Assembly: GCA_016748015.1 (NCBI GenBank)
Contig: JAAOMT010000299.1
Location: forward strand, 248,358-312,000
Source of the DNA: Geosiphon pyriformis uo1
Taxonomy: Eukaryota; Fungi; Glomeromycota
Direction of reading: 5' to 3'
DNA length: 63,643 nucleotides
Shown here: positions 1 to 12,800 of the stretch, one piece after another
Layout of the letters: each line of letters begins with the position of its first letter
Position numbering within the stretch: position 1 is the first letter of the stretch
Notes under the pieces: generated by a model
Seen by the model: only the letters and a program-made list of their open reading frames with translations
Database searches by the model: none
What the model was told of the DNA's origin: nothing
Program-made: the position numbers and the translations under genes

Positions 1-241
1 ATTTGAATTAACAGCATCAAAACAACAAACAATAAACCCCGAAAACTACAACAATCTCAAACAATATTTAGAGACATTAACAATCCCAACAGATTGGTCC
101 CCAGATGAAAAACATCAGTTACAACAACAAACCAAACAATATTTTCTACACAACAACATTATCTATCATCAAAATTTCAAAAACCCAACCAAACCACTCA
201 GATTAATACAAAAACAAGAAAAAGAGACCATTTTATACAAT

Positions 242-1365
242 ATGTACTCAGATCTTTCATCAGCACACTTTGGAAAAGATAGCACCACCCAAAAAACACT
301 AGAATACTACTTTTGGCCTCGAATGAGAAAAGACATTCATGAATATGTTGAATCTTGTGATAGTTGTCAAAGAAGAGAAGGAACTCGCCCTACAGAACCT
401 TTAAATCCAATCAAAGTTGGACAGCCTTTTGACAGAGTTGGTATCAATTTAGTTGGACCACTATCTATTACCACTCAAGGAAACCGTTATATTGCAGTAG
501 CTGTAGACTATCTTACTAAATGGCCTAAAGCCAGAGCCATTCAACGAGCAGATGCAAAATTAGTAGCAAATTTCATCTACGAAGACATCATTTGTAGACA
601 TGGATGTCCAATTGAACTTTTATCCAATCAGAGAACACACTTTGTAAACAACCTGATACAAGAAATTTGTGAACGATTCAGTGTCAAAAGACCTCTGTCT
701 TTGTCCTACCATCCACAAACAAACAGACTTGTGGAACGTTTTAACAGAACATTGTGTGAGTCCTTAGCCAAAGTCTCAACCGATTTTGAGCAAGAATGGG
801 ATCTCTTTATTCCATCAGTGTTACTAGCATATAAGACATTAAAACAAGATACCATGAAACACACACCATTTGATTTAACTTATGGAAGGATGGTAACATT
901 ACCAATTAGTTTTACAGTGGAAACATACCCAGCACAACCGATTGATGAAAACAATTTCTAAAAAACACTTCAGCAAAGAGCCTACACTCTGCTTAATACA
1001 TTGGAAGGAAAACGACAAATAGCAGCCACCCATATTGAACACTCCCAAGCTCAACAAAAAGAACGGCATGATGACAAATTGCCTTCAGTCACCAATAAAT
1101 TCAAAATTGGAAACAAAGTTCTCTTACACAAAACTAAAACTGAAAAACAATGAAGTGGAAAATTTGAAAATAAATGGAATAGACCATTTTTTATCCATGA
1201 AGTCCTAAGCAATGGATCATATAAGCTAAGACTTGATAACAAAATCCTAGCAAAAGTTACACATGGAGATCGTTTGAAACACTATTATTCCAGAAACAAT
1301 CTTGAACCATTAATTCCACAAATTGGTACATATTCCCTTTTGATCAGTCCCGAAGATATTCCCTG
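242..1365 (+). pseudogene. Gypsy A integrase (HHCC zinc finger, DDE core, GPY/F module), internal stops
   Basis: HFG...YYFWPRMRKDIHEYVESCDSC; VAVDYLTKWP; YHPQTNRLVERFNRTL; continues through stops to WNRPFFIHEVLSNGSYKL. Confidence 0.9.
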
Positions 1366-1532
1366 AAACTTAGAACCAATATTTGTCATTGAACAACCTT
1401 CCAACCTGAACACTTAATTTAATTTTACTAGTTATTCTCCTATAATTTAGAACAATCTCACAAAAACAAAACAAAAATAACATAAAAACCCATAAACCAA
1501 AAATAAATTTTTATTTTTTTCAAGTGCTTATA

Positions 1533-2252
1533 ATGACTATTCCTTAAAACATTCAACAATTATTCCAAAAACTAATGTTAGCTTTAAAAACAATACCTGA
1601 ATTATCCATTACTGTTACTGAAAACCACATAAATTATACCCAAACAGAAGTAGTTACAAATTTAGCCCCAAATTCACGAAAATATCACCCGTATAAAAAA
1701 AACACAAGAAGTTATACTGGAATTTACCTGCCAGAACTTTTAAAGCTTGCTTTAAGAGAAAACCTAATGCTCACTCCGATTAGTATTCCACCAAATGCTA
1801 CAAGTCAACAAAAACTTCAACTGTGTCTCAATGAGGAAAACACTGAATATCCTCCAATCTATAGATATTTTCACATTGGAAAAACACTTTACGAATGGAA
1901 ACTGGAACTTACAACAGCAAACCTCACAAAAGAAGCTATTCAGAAACAACTTCACAATAAATTCAAGACAATAGCTAGATCAACAAACAGTCGCTATAGG
2001 CTTAGAGCTGTTCTTAAACTTTATGACCTATTCCACACCTGTGAAAACATACTACAAAACCCAATTTTTCAACCTTTGAAGATTCAATACATTGGAAAGC
2101 TTACAGAACTGAAATTTCAACAATTTTCAGACCAAATTTCTTCAATAATTTTGGATTATTATCTGGAAATAACAGACAGTACTTGGACTTTGACGGAGCT
2201 CAGTTTTGAGGAGGAGGTTATGTTACCAGACAAAATTAGAGATATCATTTAG
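1533..2252 (+). CDS. Gypsy A ORF3 (unknown protein downstream of pol; open 1575-2252, probable original ATG at 1533)
   Basis: 225-aa ORF between integrase and LTR; in-frame ATG at 1533 followed by one TAA; aligns by eye with ORF3 of element C. Confidence 0.7.
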
Positions 2253-3199
2253 CATGAAACTATCTCATAATTCCTATCATTAATTAGCATATATTATCAT
2301 TTCAAATTATCACTTATTATATTAGCAAAAAATGTCCAAAATTATCATTTAATTAATAACCCAAATTGTACACAACACAAATGTAACCTAATTGCGAAGA
2401 TCAATTATGCAATACCCCGAACTATGTAACATTCAAAAGTTTGCCGAAATTCATAGAAATTTGCCGAAATAATTGATAGTTCACCGAAATATCTAATAGT
2501 TTGCAGAAATAACTTGTAGTTTGCCAAAATGTATCTTTAGTTCAGTAAAATTGTAGAAAATAGCAAAGTTCAAGTTCATAGAATAGTGTTATGACAAGTT
2601 GTATAAAAAAAGAGCTTCTCTCTTCGAGAAAATGTATCTTACTTTAGATTTATCTCTTAAAACCGTTCCTATACACACAAAAAGAAATAAATATCAAATA
2701 ATTCGAAAAACCAAATTCTTTAATTATTGTACTTGGAAAATCCCCAAAACCCAACTAACATTTCGAAATTGATTAGCTACCAATTTCAGTAAACTGTTAG
2801 TAACTTCAGGCCTGAATAGAAAACGTTTTCCTTGATAAAATTTCTATTTTTTTTTACATTTCTTTTATTTTTTTCTTTTATTATTATAATTATTAGGGTA
2901 GCCTACAGACAAGATTCCTGTAGAAGAGTTGACTTTCACAGCAAAATAACTACACACTTTTAGTAAGCTTTCAGATGAGCAATTCCTGAGAAAGAGTTGA
3001 CGTTTACTACAACATAACTACATAAAGTAACTGGCAAGAAATTGGCCATTCCATTTATAAGCCCAGCAGTTCAAATTATAGAAGATAATTTGAAGATAAA
3101 TTCAGTTACTGGAGGTTCAACCACATCCAAAAAACGTGAATTCACAGCAAATAAGTATTAACAACATTACAGAAAAGAGACCAAAAACCTCCGATAACA
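2221..3199 (+). repeat. 3' LTR of Gypsy A (~980 bp)
   Basis: TGTTA...TAACA termini, 3 nt after the PPT; tandem AGTTTGCCGAAAT-type units at ~2437-2560 followed by TATAAAA at ~2602. Confidence 0.85.
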
Positions 3200-4520
3200 G
3201 TGGATTGGTAATTTTTATGTGTGTTTTATTCTTGACAAACAGTTAGCATTAGCATTTTTGGTACTTTTTTTGTATTTGATAATATAATTATATAGTGCTA
3301 ACGTTTGTGACCATCTGGCATATTTTCTTTTTAGCACTTTCTTGTTATTTAACCAGACCAGACCTTTATAATCTGTGGTAATCTCAAAGGGTTGGTACCA
3401 TAAATATGTGTTAAAGTGAACACAACTTCAGACTACTGCTAAGCATTCAAGTTTGTGTGCTGCATAGTTTTGCTCTACTGTACTGAGACTTCTGCTGGCA
3501 TAAGCAATTACATATTCTTTTCCATTATCCTTTTTTTGTGACAGAATGGCTCCAAGTCCAGTTCCAGAGGCATCTGTGGCCAAAATAAATTTTTTGTTGA
3601 AATTTGAATAGATTATTATTGGTAATTCAATGAGCTTTTGTCTAAGGTACTCAAAAGCTTTTTGTTGTGCTTCAGTCCATTTAAATTTTACATTTTTGGA
3701 TAGTAGATAATTAAGAGGTTTGGCAATGTTTGAAAAGTTTTCTACAAAGTGGCAGTAGTAAAATGCAAGTTCTAAAAAGCTTCTAACTTCTGAAACATTT
3801 CGAGATACTGGAAAATTTTTCACTTTGTCTATTTTTGATAGATCTGGTTTTATTCCATCTTTTCCAACTATGTGTTCTAAAAATGCTAGCTTATTTTTCC
3901 CAAAGAAACATTTTTCTAAATTTAGTTTAAGTCCAGCATGTCTCAATCTCTTAAAAACTTGTTGTAAATGTTAGAGATAATTCATGAATTTTAACAAAAA
4001 AACATTTGTATTATCCAAGTAGACAACAACAGATTGCCACAGGATTCTGAAGTAAATTATGTCCATTAATCTTTGGAATGTTATGGGAGTGTTTATTAAT
4101 CCAAATGGCATTATATTAAACTCATAATTGCTATTTTGTGTTGTAAATACTGTTTTATGTCTGTCCTTTGGATCCATTTCTATTTGCCAGTACCCACTGG
4201 TCAAGTCCAGTATAGAAATCCATTTTGCTCCTCCAAAAACATTGAAGATTTTGTCAATTAATGGTATTGGGTATAAATCTTTGGTTGTTTTGCTGTTTAG
4301 TTTGTGATAATTGATGCAAAATCTAATTTTTCCGTTCTTTTTCCTTACTAAAACAACTGGTAAGGACCATGAGCTCATTGATGGTTGGATTATTCCTTTT
4401 TCTAATATGCTTTGAACTTTTTATCTGATAAAATTATGCTCCATTAGTGAAACATGATAAGTGTGTTGTTTTTCAGGTCTGGTGTCTCCAGTGGGGATTT
4501 GGTGTTGAACCAAGTTGGTT
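3200..4520 (-). pseudogene. Gypsy B reverse transcriptase + RNase H
   Basis: ORFs 3971-4378 (LDLTSGYWQI, MPFGL, VYLDN from YLDD) and 3428-3946 (TDASG, IAYASRSL). Confidence 0.9.
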
Positions 4521-5044
4521 CTTTCAAATTCACTATTTCATGAAAATATATCAGAGTATTTTAAAATTAATGCTTTTAATTGTCATTGTTAGTCAGGATT
4601 CATTGTTTCAATGTTTAATTTGGCCAATTCTTCTGGCATAAATTGATAGTATTCCAATAGTTGTTGCCAATTTATTGAAGTAAATTCACAGTAGAAGGCA
4701 ATTTCTGGAAAATTTAGAATTTCTTGTGGTGTTGACGTGTTTTCTAGTTCTGTTCTGAGATATCCAATGATGATATCTTTTGGAATGTAGACAGATTCTT
4801 CTGTGGTGTTTGCGATAAAAATTTTTATCTATTGAGCTTTATCAGCTGGAATAAAAAGGTTAGTAAGTCCTATAAAAAACTGTTGGCAAGTTTCTGGATA
4901 AGACTCAAATATTAGGTCTTTTTCTTTAATTGTCTTTTTTATTCTTATTTCTGATTTTCCATATGGTAGGAGCATGATGGACTGCTTAGTTTTAATTATT
5001 TCACCTTTTTCCACTATTGTTTTAGTGAAATTCACTTTAATTCT

Positions 5045-5460
5045 TTTTCCTGTTGATCTGAAATCAAAAGTTCCTCTTATTGTTTGTAACAATTCCTCAC
5101 GATTTTCCACTGGCACAAATTTCCCAATTTTTACCAATGGTAAAAAAATTGCTTGTGTAATTTTTTTCTTAGATTCAATAGTATAAGGCTTTTTTGAATT
5201 GTTCTGTAGCAAAACCATCAAATTTCCAGTGTATTCAGTGTCAATTACTCCTCCTTAAATGCTTATTCCTTTTTTCGCAAGGCTTGATTATGATGCTATT
5301 TAAATTATTATTCCTGGCAGAATTTCAACTGCTATTTTCAGGTCAATTTTGGTGATGCTTCTGGGTGGTAATGTTGTGGATTTGTCTTCCAGATAATGTA
5401 GATCAAATCTGGTGTCAGTTGGATGGGCTCTTTTGAGTATTATTTTTAAGTGCCCATTGT
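5045..5460 (-). pseudogene. Gypsy B dUTPase domain
   Basis: AHPTDTRFDL (motif 1), VIDTEYTGNL (motif 3), KITQAIF (motif 4), RGTFDFRSTG (decayed motif 5, RGxxGFGSTG). Confidence 0.85.
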
Positions 5461-6477
5461 CAAAATATCAGATGTTGATCACCTGTTCTAAGTCAGTATA
5501 GACTATAAATTTTTCTGACCCAGGACTGTCAGATAAGTCTTGTTGATTTATTAATTGATTTTGAGATTGTTGATTTTCAATTTCCATTTTTCTTTCTAAG
5601 TTTCTTTCATCTTGACACTCTTCACAGCACTGATTTTGGCATGAGATAAGACAGTTTTCGCAGAAGTAAGTGTTGATTTGGGTGAAATATTGTTCTTGTT
5701 CTTGTTGAGTGAACATAGTTGTTGGTAGTAGTCCTGGAATTCGTCCACTGGATCGAACATATTGTAGCTGGTGACTTTGTTGGCTACTTTAGCTGACTTT
5801 TTCCAATGTCATATTTCTTCAGCAGTTTTTCCTCTTACTTTGGCCTGTGCAGTGTTGTACAACTTGTCCTTGTCATATGAATAGTGTTGTAGTCTTTTTA
5901 ATGCTCTGTTGAACACTGCTTTGAATGGCATTCCTCTTCTTACCCAGTCACAGATAAGGATTGTGTATTGACAAGTTGTGTTATATATTACTCCTCTGTC
6001 TGCTATGTTATTCCAGTCACATCCTCTTGGTAATGGTTTTCCACAAGTGAGGCACAGTTCCTCATTCCATTTTCTGTGTCTTTCTAGGTAACCGTATTTT
6101 TCTTTGTTATAACAGTTACAATAGTAGTGGGTGGAGTTTCTTGGGTCTTTGTCTGATATGCTGTATGCAGTCATAGATGAGAGTTTCTTCTTGCAAACTG
6201 AGCATTCTAGCTTTGGTTTGTGTCGCTGGTGGTTTTTTCATAGACTTATTTGGTTCCATTCAGATCTTTCTTTGCTGGTCCACATTAGTATGGCTGGTAG
6301 TCCTGTTCTTTGGTCATCAGCCCAAGAGAGCTGATAGGTTTTAATGGCTGGTAATGCTGGATTTTTCTCAAATTTGAAGGTAGGTCTTTGGTTGGTGCTG
6401 GGTTTTTGGAAGTGGCCACAGATGGCTAGAATTCTGGCCTGGTGGCCATTATAATTGATCAAAAGCTCTTGAGTGGT

Positions 6478-6912
6478 TCAGTCTAGAGTAGCATTGGCTT
6501 TTGTTAGCCAGTTATTTCTTACTAACGCTTGATATTGTGTAGCATTTATTACTAATACTTTTGTAGGTATTATTATGTCATTAATTTTGAAAGGAAATGA
6601 ATCAATTTTGCCATAAGGCAGCTTTGTATTTCCATTAGCTGTTATGATTTGGGACATCGCGACATGATCAATTTTGAAACCCAGTTGGTTTACTAGTTGA
6701 AGCATTATGATGCTTTCGGCAGATCCGCTATCTAAGATAAGTTTGATTGGAGTATTGTTTACAGTGGCTTCTATATATATAGCAGTGATTGGGTGTTTTT
6801 TGTCCAATGCTGCTCCACTGAACATAGCCTCATTTTCCTTTAATTCAAAAGGAAAAATAGCTGCAAGACTGCTATCTTTGGTGGCAACTGCTGGTGGTAT
6901 TGTTTGGCTCAA
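6478..6912 (-). pseudogene. Gypsy B aspartic protease
   Basis: IKLILDSGSAESII...YQALVRNNWL (retropepsin D-S-G and decayed LIGNDWL motifs). Confidence 0.88.
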
Positions 6913-7259
6913 TTTGTTGGAGGAATTTTTGGTTTTGTTTATGTTTCTACCATCATTGTTTCTGATAATTAGATTGTCCAGTATATTAAGATAAGTTTGT
7001 TAATAATTTTGGTAGTTTGGATTGGTTTACTGACTGGTTCCGGCATGGTTTGAATTCTTCTGGACCAACACGTTCTGGTTCTACATGAGCTGATTTCAGG
7101 GCTTGGGATGCCAATTTGGGTTGGCTATCATGGGCTGTTGCTGGTAAGTTCTTTGATTTTGATATGTGGTGGGATATTGGCATAATATTAGAGTATACTG
7201 GTTTCTGGGCATTTGAAATTGCATGTAATAATTATTTTTGCATGCTTCCTGCATCATTC

Positions 7260-8900
7260 ACATTCGACATTGATTAATCAAATGTCCTATGCATTTGCAA
7301 AAATGGCAGACATGCATTTCTGTTCTGAATTTCTGATGTGATAAGTGATTATTTTAATTGTCACTGACTTCCTGGCTGCATTTTTAGAATGGTTGTTATG
7401 TATTTTTTCTTGGATCCGGGATGAGATAACTTTCTATTTTCCTAGAGAGTTCCTTCCCTAGTTGTATTACTCTTTTCTCTAATATTTCTGTCTTATTTTC
7501 TTCTATTACCATGTTAACTATTTGACTATAGTTAACTTTTTTCTCAGCCAATTCAAGGGCTCTGGCGAGCATAATGGCTTCTGATAAGAAATTAGGATGA
7601 GCAGGGCATATTCTTCCTAAAATGCTGCTTTTTAATCCTCTAATAAACTGATTTAAAACCTGAGGATTAGTGTAGTATCCTTGTTCAATTGCTTCAATCT
7701 GATGGCAAATTTAATTGAATCAAGCAAGGTATTAGGTGACAGTTTCACCAATATCTTGCTTGATAGTATTGAATTTGTTCTGTAGTTGGATTATGGTGTT
7801 TGAATTGCTAAAATACTCCAGAAGTGCATTTTTAAATTCAGCAAAGCTCATGGGTTTTGTTTTTAGACTTTGATATCATGAGTTAGCTGTGCTTTTTAGG
7901 AAGAAAAATAATGTTTGAATTGCTCTTTGGTTGCTCTAGTTATTTGCCTGGATGGCTTTTTGCACTTCTCTGAGCCATATGTGCATGTTTGTTTCTTCTT
8001 CCTCTTCTGAAAAATCTGTTAGTCTTGTGATGTATGGTGTGGCCATTTCATCACCATTTTTTGCTGATGGGCTTATTGGTCTAAGAGAAAGTGGGATGAT
8101 ATTTTCTTGAGCATTTCTAAAGGTGGCTTCTCTTATATTTGGTTCTTTTTTTTGATTATGAGTTTCTTTCTGGACTGGCTGTTTGTTCCAGTAACTGGTT
8201 TTGTGATTGTTTTTTCACTGGTCTTTTTTTCGGATTTTGATTCAGACTCTTCTTTATGGTTTTCAAACTCCATTCCAAATTTTGGTTAAAAAAAAGGGTT
8301 TTGGAATAGTGATAAATATCCTCTTGTAATTAGTATGTCTTTCCAGTTATGTTGTTTAATTTTATCAATATAACTAGGAGTTCTTGGCATTTGTGGAGTT
8401 GATGTTGATGATAATGCAGCTCCTAATAGAATTTGTATCTTATTTTCTGGTGAAAAATGATATGATTTATTTTCTGGTGAATAAATATGTTGTTTTTTTA
8501 TTGATTGAGTGACAGTTTTTTTTGGTGTTTGAGCAGGTGTTCCTAGTTTTTGCTGGTTACTTTCTTGATTAGTTTCTAAATTTTTTTTGGTTTTGTTAAC
8601 ACGTTCCCTAGTGTTTTCTGTGGATATTGGAAAATTTTCATTGGCATATTGCTCAATTTCTTGATGAATTTTAACAATAGTTGTGGCTATTACTGCTACT
8701 TCTTTTGTAATGTATTGTGATAATTTTTTATACAATCCAAGTTTTGCATCATGTAGTTTTTTTTCCTTTCCTATATGATAATTTATTCTGACATTGATAT
8801 AATAAGTGAGAACAGATTCTGCTGGACAACACCCTTCTGGTAATCCAAGATCACTTTAATTTTGTGTGTAAATAACATGGCAGAATTTAAGAACAATAAA
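7260..8900 (-). pseudogene. Gypsy B gag with CCHC zinc knuckle
   Basis: CHFCKCIGHLINQC (CX2CX4HX4C) at ~7265-7310; capsid-like QVLNQFIRGLKSSIL; fragment ORF 8286-8735. Confidence 0.8.
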
Positions 8901-8983
8901 GTTAAGAGTTTTTGTTACCACTTTTGTTTCTTCTTTTTTAGCAATGAATTATTGCTAATTATTATTTTCTTTTTGATTTTTTT

Positions 8984-9001
8984 TCCTCGTAGGGTTCACT
9001 A
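8984..9001 (-). promoter_or_regulatory. Primer-binding site of Gypsy B (TAGTGAACCCTACGAGGA, probably TGG decayed to TAG)
   Basis: Lies 2 nt (TT) after the LTR end TAACA on the minus strand, same spacing as element C. Confidence 0.65.
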
Positions 9002-9003
9002 AA

Positions 9004-9879
9004 TGTTATGGGATGGTTTTTTTGATATATTTAATTGCTAATATCCTGTCTTAATTGCAATTAGTCTCTTGTGAGTTCCTTAATTCTATTTGTGTGATAA
9101 TGTTACTGTTATATTGAAAGCTTTCTTTTTAATGTTATGATGTAAGTTATTTCTCAATTTTTGATTGTTGTGTGTGTTTATGTACTCCTTCTCAGAAACT
9201 GAACTGAAATCTACCCACTGTCTGAGGTCTTCTTTGAGGCTATCCTTGCAATTGTCTAATGTGTTTCTCTAATCTAAAAATACGGAATGTTAATGGCCTT
9301 TAGTGCTTTTCTTAATTCTCACAATAAAGCTTTTATTAATTAGTAAAAATGTAAATAATCTTGATCAGAGATTATTCTTTCAAGGAATTCAACTAATAAA
9401 TGATAGTTTCATTCAATAATTAACACAAGTGAGTTTCTTATTACTTTGGAGTTGTGATAATTCAGTTTTAAATATATTTTTTCATTTCTTTTTGATTTAA
9501 AGGTTTCTTGAGATATTTAATTTAAAGGTATGATTTAAAGTGGAGTTTGTTGAATAAATTGGATTTATTGCTTAATAAGTTATGATTTTTTTATTACTTG
9601 ATTAACTTTTTTCAATATTAAAGCTACTGTATATATACATGTTTGTAGTTCTATGAGAAAACACATTGTAATACTTTTTTTTTGATATTTCAATCTGATG
9701 TTTGCTGTTATCACCAGTTGGTGTTGATTGCTATTGTGAACTGGTGCTTGCCACTATTGCAAGATGGTGTTTGCTACTATGTTAATTATTACCTTTCTAA
9801 GATTATTATTATACTATATTATGATTAAATAGTTTATATTATTTTTATGATTCTTTTGCTAAATTCTTAAACTATAACA
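9004..9879 (-). repeat. 5' LTR of Gypsy B (~876 bp)
   Basis: TGTTA/TAACA termini; four ~23-bp tandem units (TGGTGTTTGCCACTATTGC-like) at ~9697-9785; TATATA at ~9630-9638; size similar to the other LTRs. Confidence 0.72.
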
Positions 9880-12800
9880 CCATTATTCGTTTTTCTTGCA
9901 CTTAGTGTAGTCACTGCCATTTCTCAAAACATTTCTACAAGTGGTTCCTGAGTTTTAACTGCGAAAGTAAGTGGCCTGGAGACTAATCTGAGAGTTCTAG
10001 AGAATTCAGTTAAGGCAATAATAGATAAGTTGGACTCTTTTGGTTTTGGCAGTAATGTGATAACCTCTTTTTTTTTCCAATGAGTAGCTTAACTTGGAAA
10101 ATTGCTACTTGTAATGTTAGAGGTATGAATGTTCCTGTTAAGCAGGATAACATTATTAGATGGCATATGGTTTTGAATAATAACATTTTAATAGTTACTG
10201 AGACTAAGCTTTGCTTCAGTGTCAAGTCTTGAATTGTAAATAAGTTTCCTGGTGTGAAAATGTTTATTTCGGGTCTGGATGCTGGGTTTTTGGGTGTGGA
10301 CATTGCTATAATTATAAATAAAAATCTAGCCAAACATGTTTCAAAAATTTTTGAAGTTCTGGATAAATTTTTGATGGTCTGTTTGCTATTCAAAAACAAA
10401 CAATCTGTTTCTGTATTGGGTTTATATGCAGAGACTTCTCTGAATAGGCATATAATTCAGACTGGTCTTGTTAATTCTTTTATAGCCAGAGCTTGTAATA
10501 AGAGTACTTTTGTTATATTAGGTGGTGATTTCAATAAGAACAGAAACAAACATAACTCTTGCTTTAGTAAATGTGTGGATTTAGGTCTAATCAATACATT
10601 AGTCAATAGTTTTTATATTAAGACTTCTACTTGGAAGAATTCCAGGAGTGTTGAGAAGACCATTGATTATATTTTTGTTTCACAAAATTTGAGTAATGCT
10701 TTAGTAAACGGGCATGTTGTGAATGTGAATGAGTTTTTCAGCATTGATTATAGTTCTGTTCAAATTACAATTGGTCTTAATAGAATTTTAGATTCTGTTT
10801 TAAGGGCCATTTGTGTTCAAGCCAACAAAGACAAGTGGAAATTTAATGTCAAAAATGCTGACAGAATTAAATGAAAGCAGTATAGAATTGCATCTCGTGA
10901 TAATTTTGCCATATTTTTTGATAAATTTGCAGATTGTCATTGTTTATCTGATCTGAACAGCATGTGGAGCATTGTTTGCAAAGCCATTTGTTTTTCAGTG
11001 AGTGAAGTTTTCTCAAAAACCTGGTCTAAAAATTTTAATGGTAGTTTACCAAGTGTTTTTCTCGTTATTATAGATTGGAACTTTTGGTTTCTAAGTTGGT
11101 GAAGGCTTTACATTCTGTATCATCTAATAAGTTTGTCTCCTTGTTGGATGTTTGGATGTTTTTGGATTTTGTTAATGCTTCTGCTATCAAATCTTTTTTT
11201 CTTTTGGGATTTCATTTTAATGCTATTAGATTAGCTTTGGTGAAGGCTAAAAAGTCTTATTGTTCTCTTAAGATGATGAAATCAAAACATGCTAAGAACT
11301 CTCAAATCAGGCTGGCAATTAACAAAAGGATGGAAACTTTTGAGTTAAATAAAGGCCAAACTATTAGAAGTGTACTTGAGTGGCCATTTCGCAAAGTTAC
11401 ATTGGATTATCTAGTTGTAAATGAGGATCTCATTTTGGAGTCTGGTTTGGTTAAATTTCACGTTGATAAAATTATGGAGAGCTGGACCAGAAAGCATGTG
11501 GTGGTTGATGATGTTTTAGATGAATGGCTTCACCAATTTCAACCCTTAGAGTATGTCTTTGATGATGCCTTTTCAAATGTTATACATCCAATTGAGATGG
11601 AAGAATTTTTTGGTGTGGTTTTGAATTTGCCTGATAATAAAGCTGCTGGCCTTTCTGGTATTACAAATAAGCTATGGAAGCATTGTGACAGATCTGTTCT
11701 GAATTTGTTTTTGATGTTTTTGAACTCTTGTTTAATTTGTAAATCTGTTCCAGATTCTTGGAAGGAGACCTGGGTGTTTATGATTCCTAAATCCTACAAC
11801 TAGGAGGGAGTTCTTACAAATACCCAACCCATAGCACTGATTGAAACTGCCTGTAAAATTTTTTCTAAGATCCTCTCTGATAGGATCTCTATGGCATATA
11901 ATAAGTATGATGTTTTTTGTAGTAACAACTTCTTAGTTCTTAAAGGTACAACAACACAGTCTTCTATTTTTGCTATTGGTTCAGTAGTCGAAGATGCTTT
12001 GGAAAAAAATTGTGAACTTTGGCTAGTTTTGTAAGACATGAGGAAAGCATATGATTCGATTGGTTGGGAACATTTGAGGAAAAGTTTGGTTAGAATTAAA
12101 ATGTGCAGTAGATTTATAAGATTTTTTGGGAGTATTTACAATAGCTATATGAACAAAGTGATGACCAATTTTGGGTTGATTGATCATTATAGTGTTCATG
12201 ATGGCTTGGATTAGGGAGAAGTGTTTTTATCTTTTCTTTGGCATATTTTTTATGACACTTTGTTGTGCAAGGTAAAGAGACAAGAGGCAGTGTATGGTTA
12301 TAGGCTGAATTCACATTATGTTGTCAAAACTGGTCGCATAGATCTCCAAGATAGTTTGACCTCTTTTCTTGCTGTAGATGTATTTGTTGATGATACTATA
12401 TGAGTTGGTTCTAGTTAGGTGGCTACACAACACATTCTCAATGTTGCCAGTGAATTTTTCAGAATGAATGATATCTTGATCAACAATGACAAGACTGTAG
12501 TAATCCCGATTAATTGTAGAATAGTGGCTTTTTTTTTATTTGTTAGTGGTGCTCCTATTTTCATCACCAAAAAGGGGGTGTTTCACTGATATTTGGGGTT
12601 TTTTTTTCTTCCAATGAATTGTCTAAGCCTAACTTGGCCAAAGTACATTTGAATGTTCGGTTTTTTGCCAATCTTGTTCTGAGAAAAGCAATTTTAAATA
12701 AACAGTTCTCTTACTTGGTTTTGGCAGTTCTTCATTTTATCATTGGTTACAAGACCCAGTTTAGCTTTGTTTCTGCTAGTGTGTGCCAAAAATGGGATGC

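Larger units (their letters stand above)
1..3199 (+). mobile_element. Ty3/Gypsy LTR retrotransposon A, 3' part (integrase, ORF3, PPT, 3' LTR); inserted into Gypsy B
   Basis: Integrase ORF 242-961; PPT GAGGAGGAGG 2208-2217; LTR TGTTA(2221)...TAACA(3199); minus-strand pol of element B starts immediately at 3200. Confidence 0.9.
3200..9879 (-). mobile_element. Ty3/Gypsy LTR retrotransposon B, 5' part (5' LTR, PBS, gag, PR, Cys-rich domain, dUTPase, RT, RNase H); inserted into LINE copy 1 ORF1
   Basis: Minus-strand ORFs with LILDSGSA, dUTPase motifs, SSWSLPVVLVRKKNGKIRFC, ILATDASGTGLGAIL; LTR 9004-9879; LINE ORF1 sequence begins at 9880. Confidence 0.88.

Noticed and set aside
1575-2252. ORF3 as an envelope gene
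   Set aside because: No signal peptide, transmembrane helix or fusion-protein features.
2437-2560. CRISPR-like repeat/spacer pattern (AGTTTGCCGAAAT + variable 8-9 nt)
   Set aside because: Units are ~21 bp, degenerate, inside a eukaryotic LTR, and there are no cas genes.
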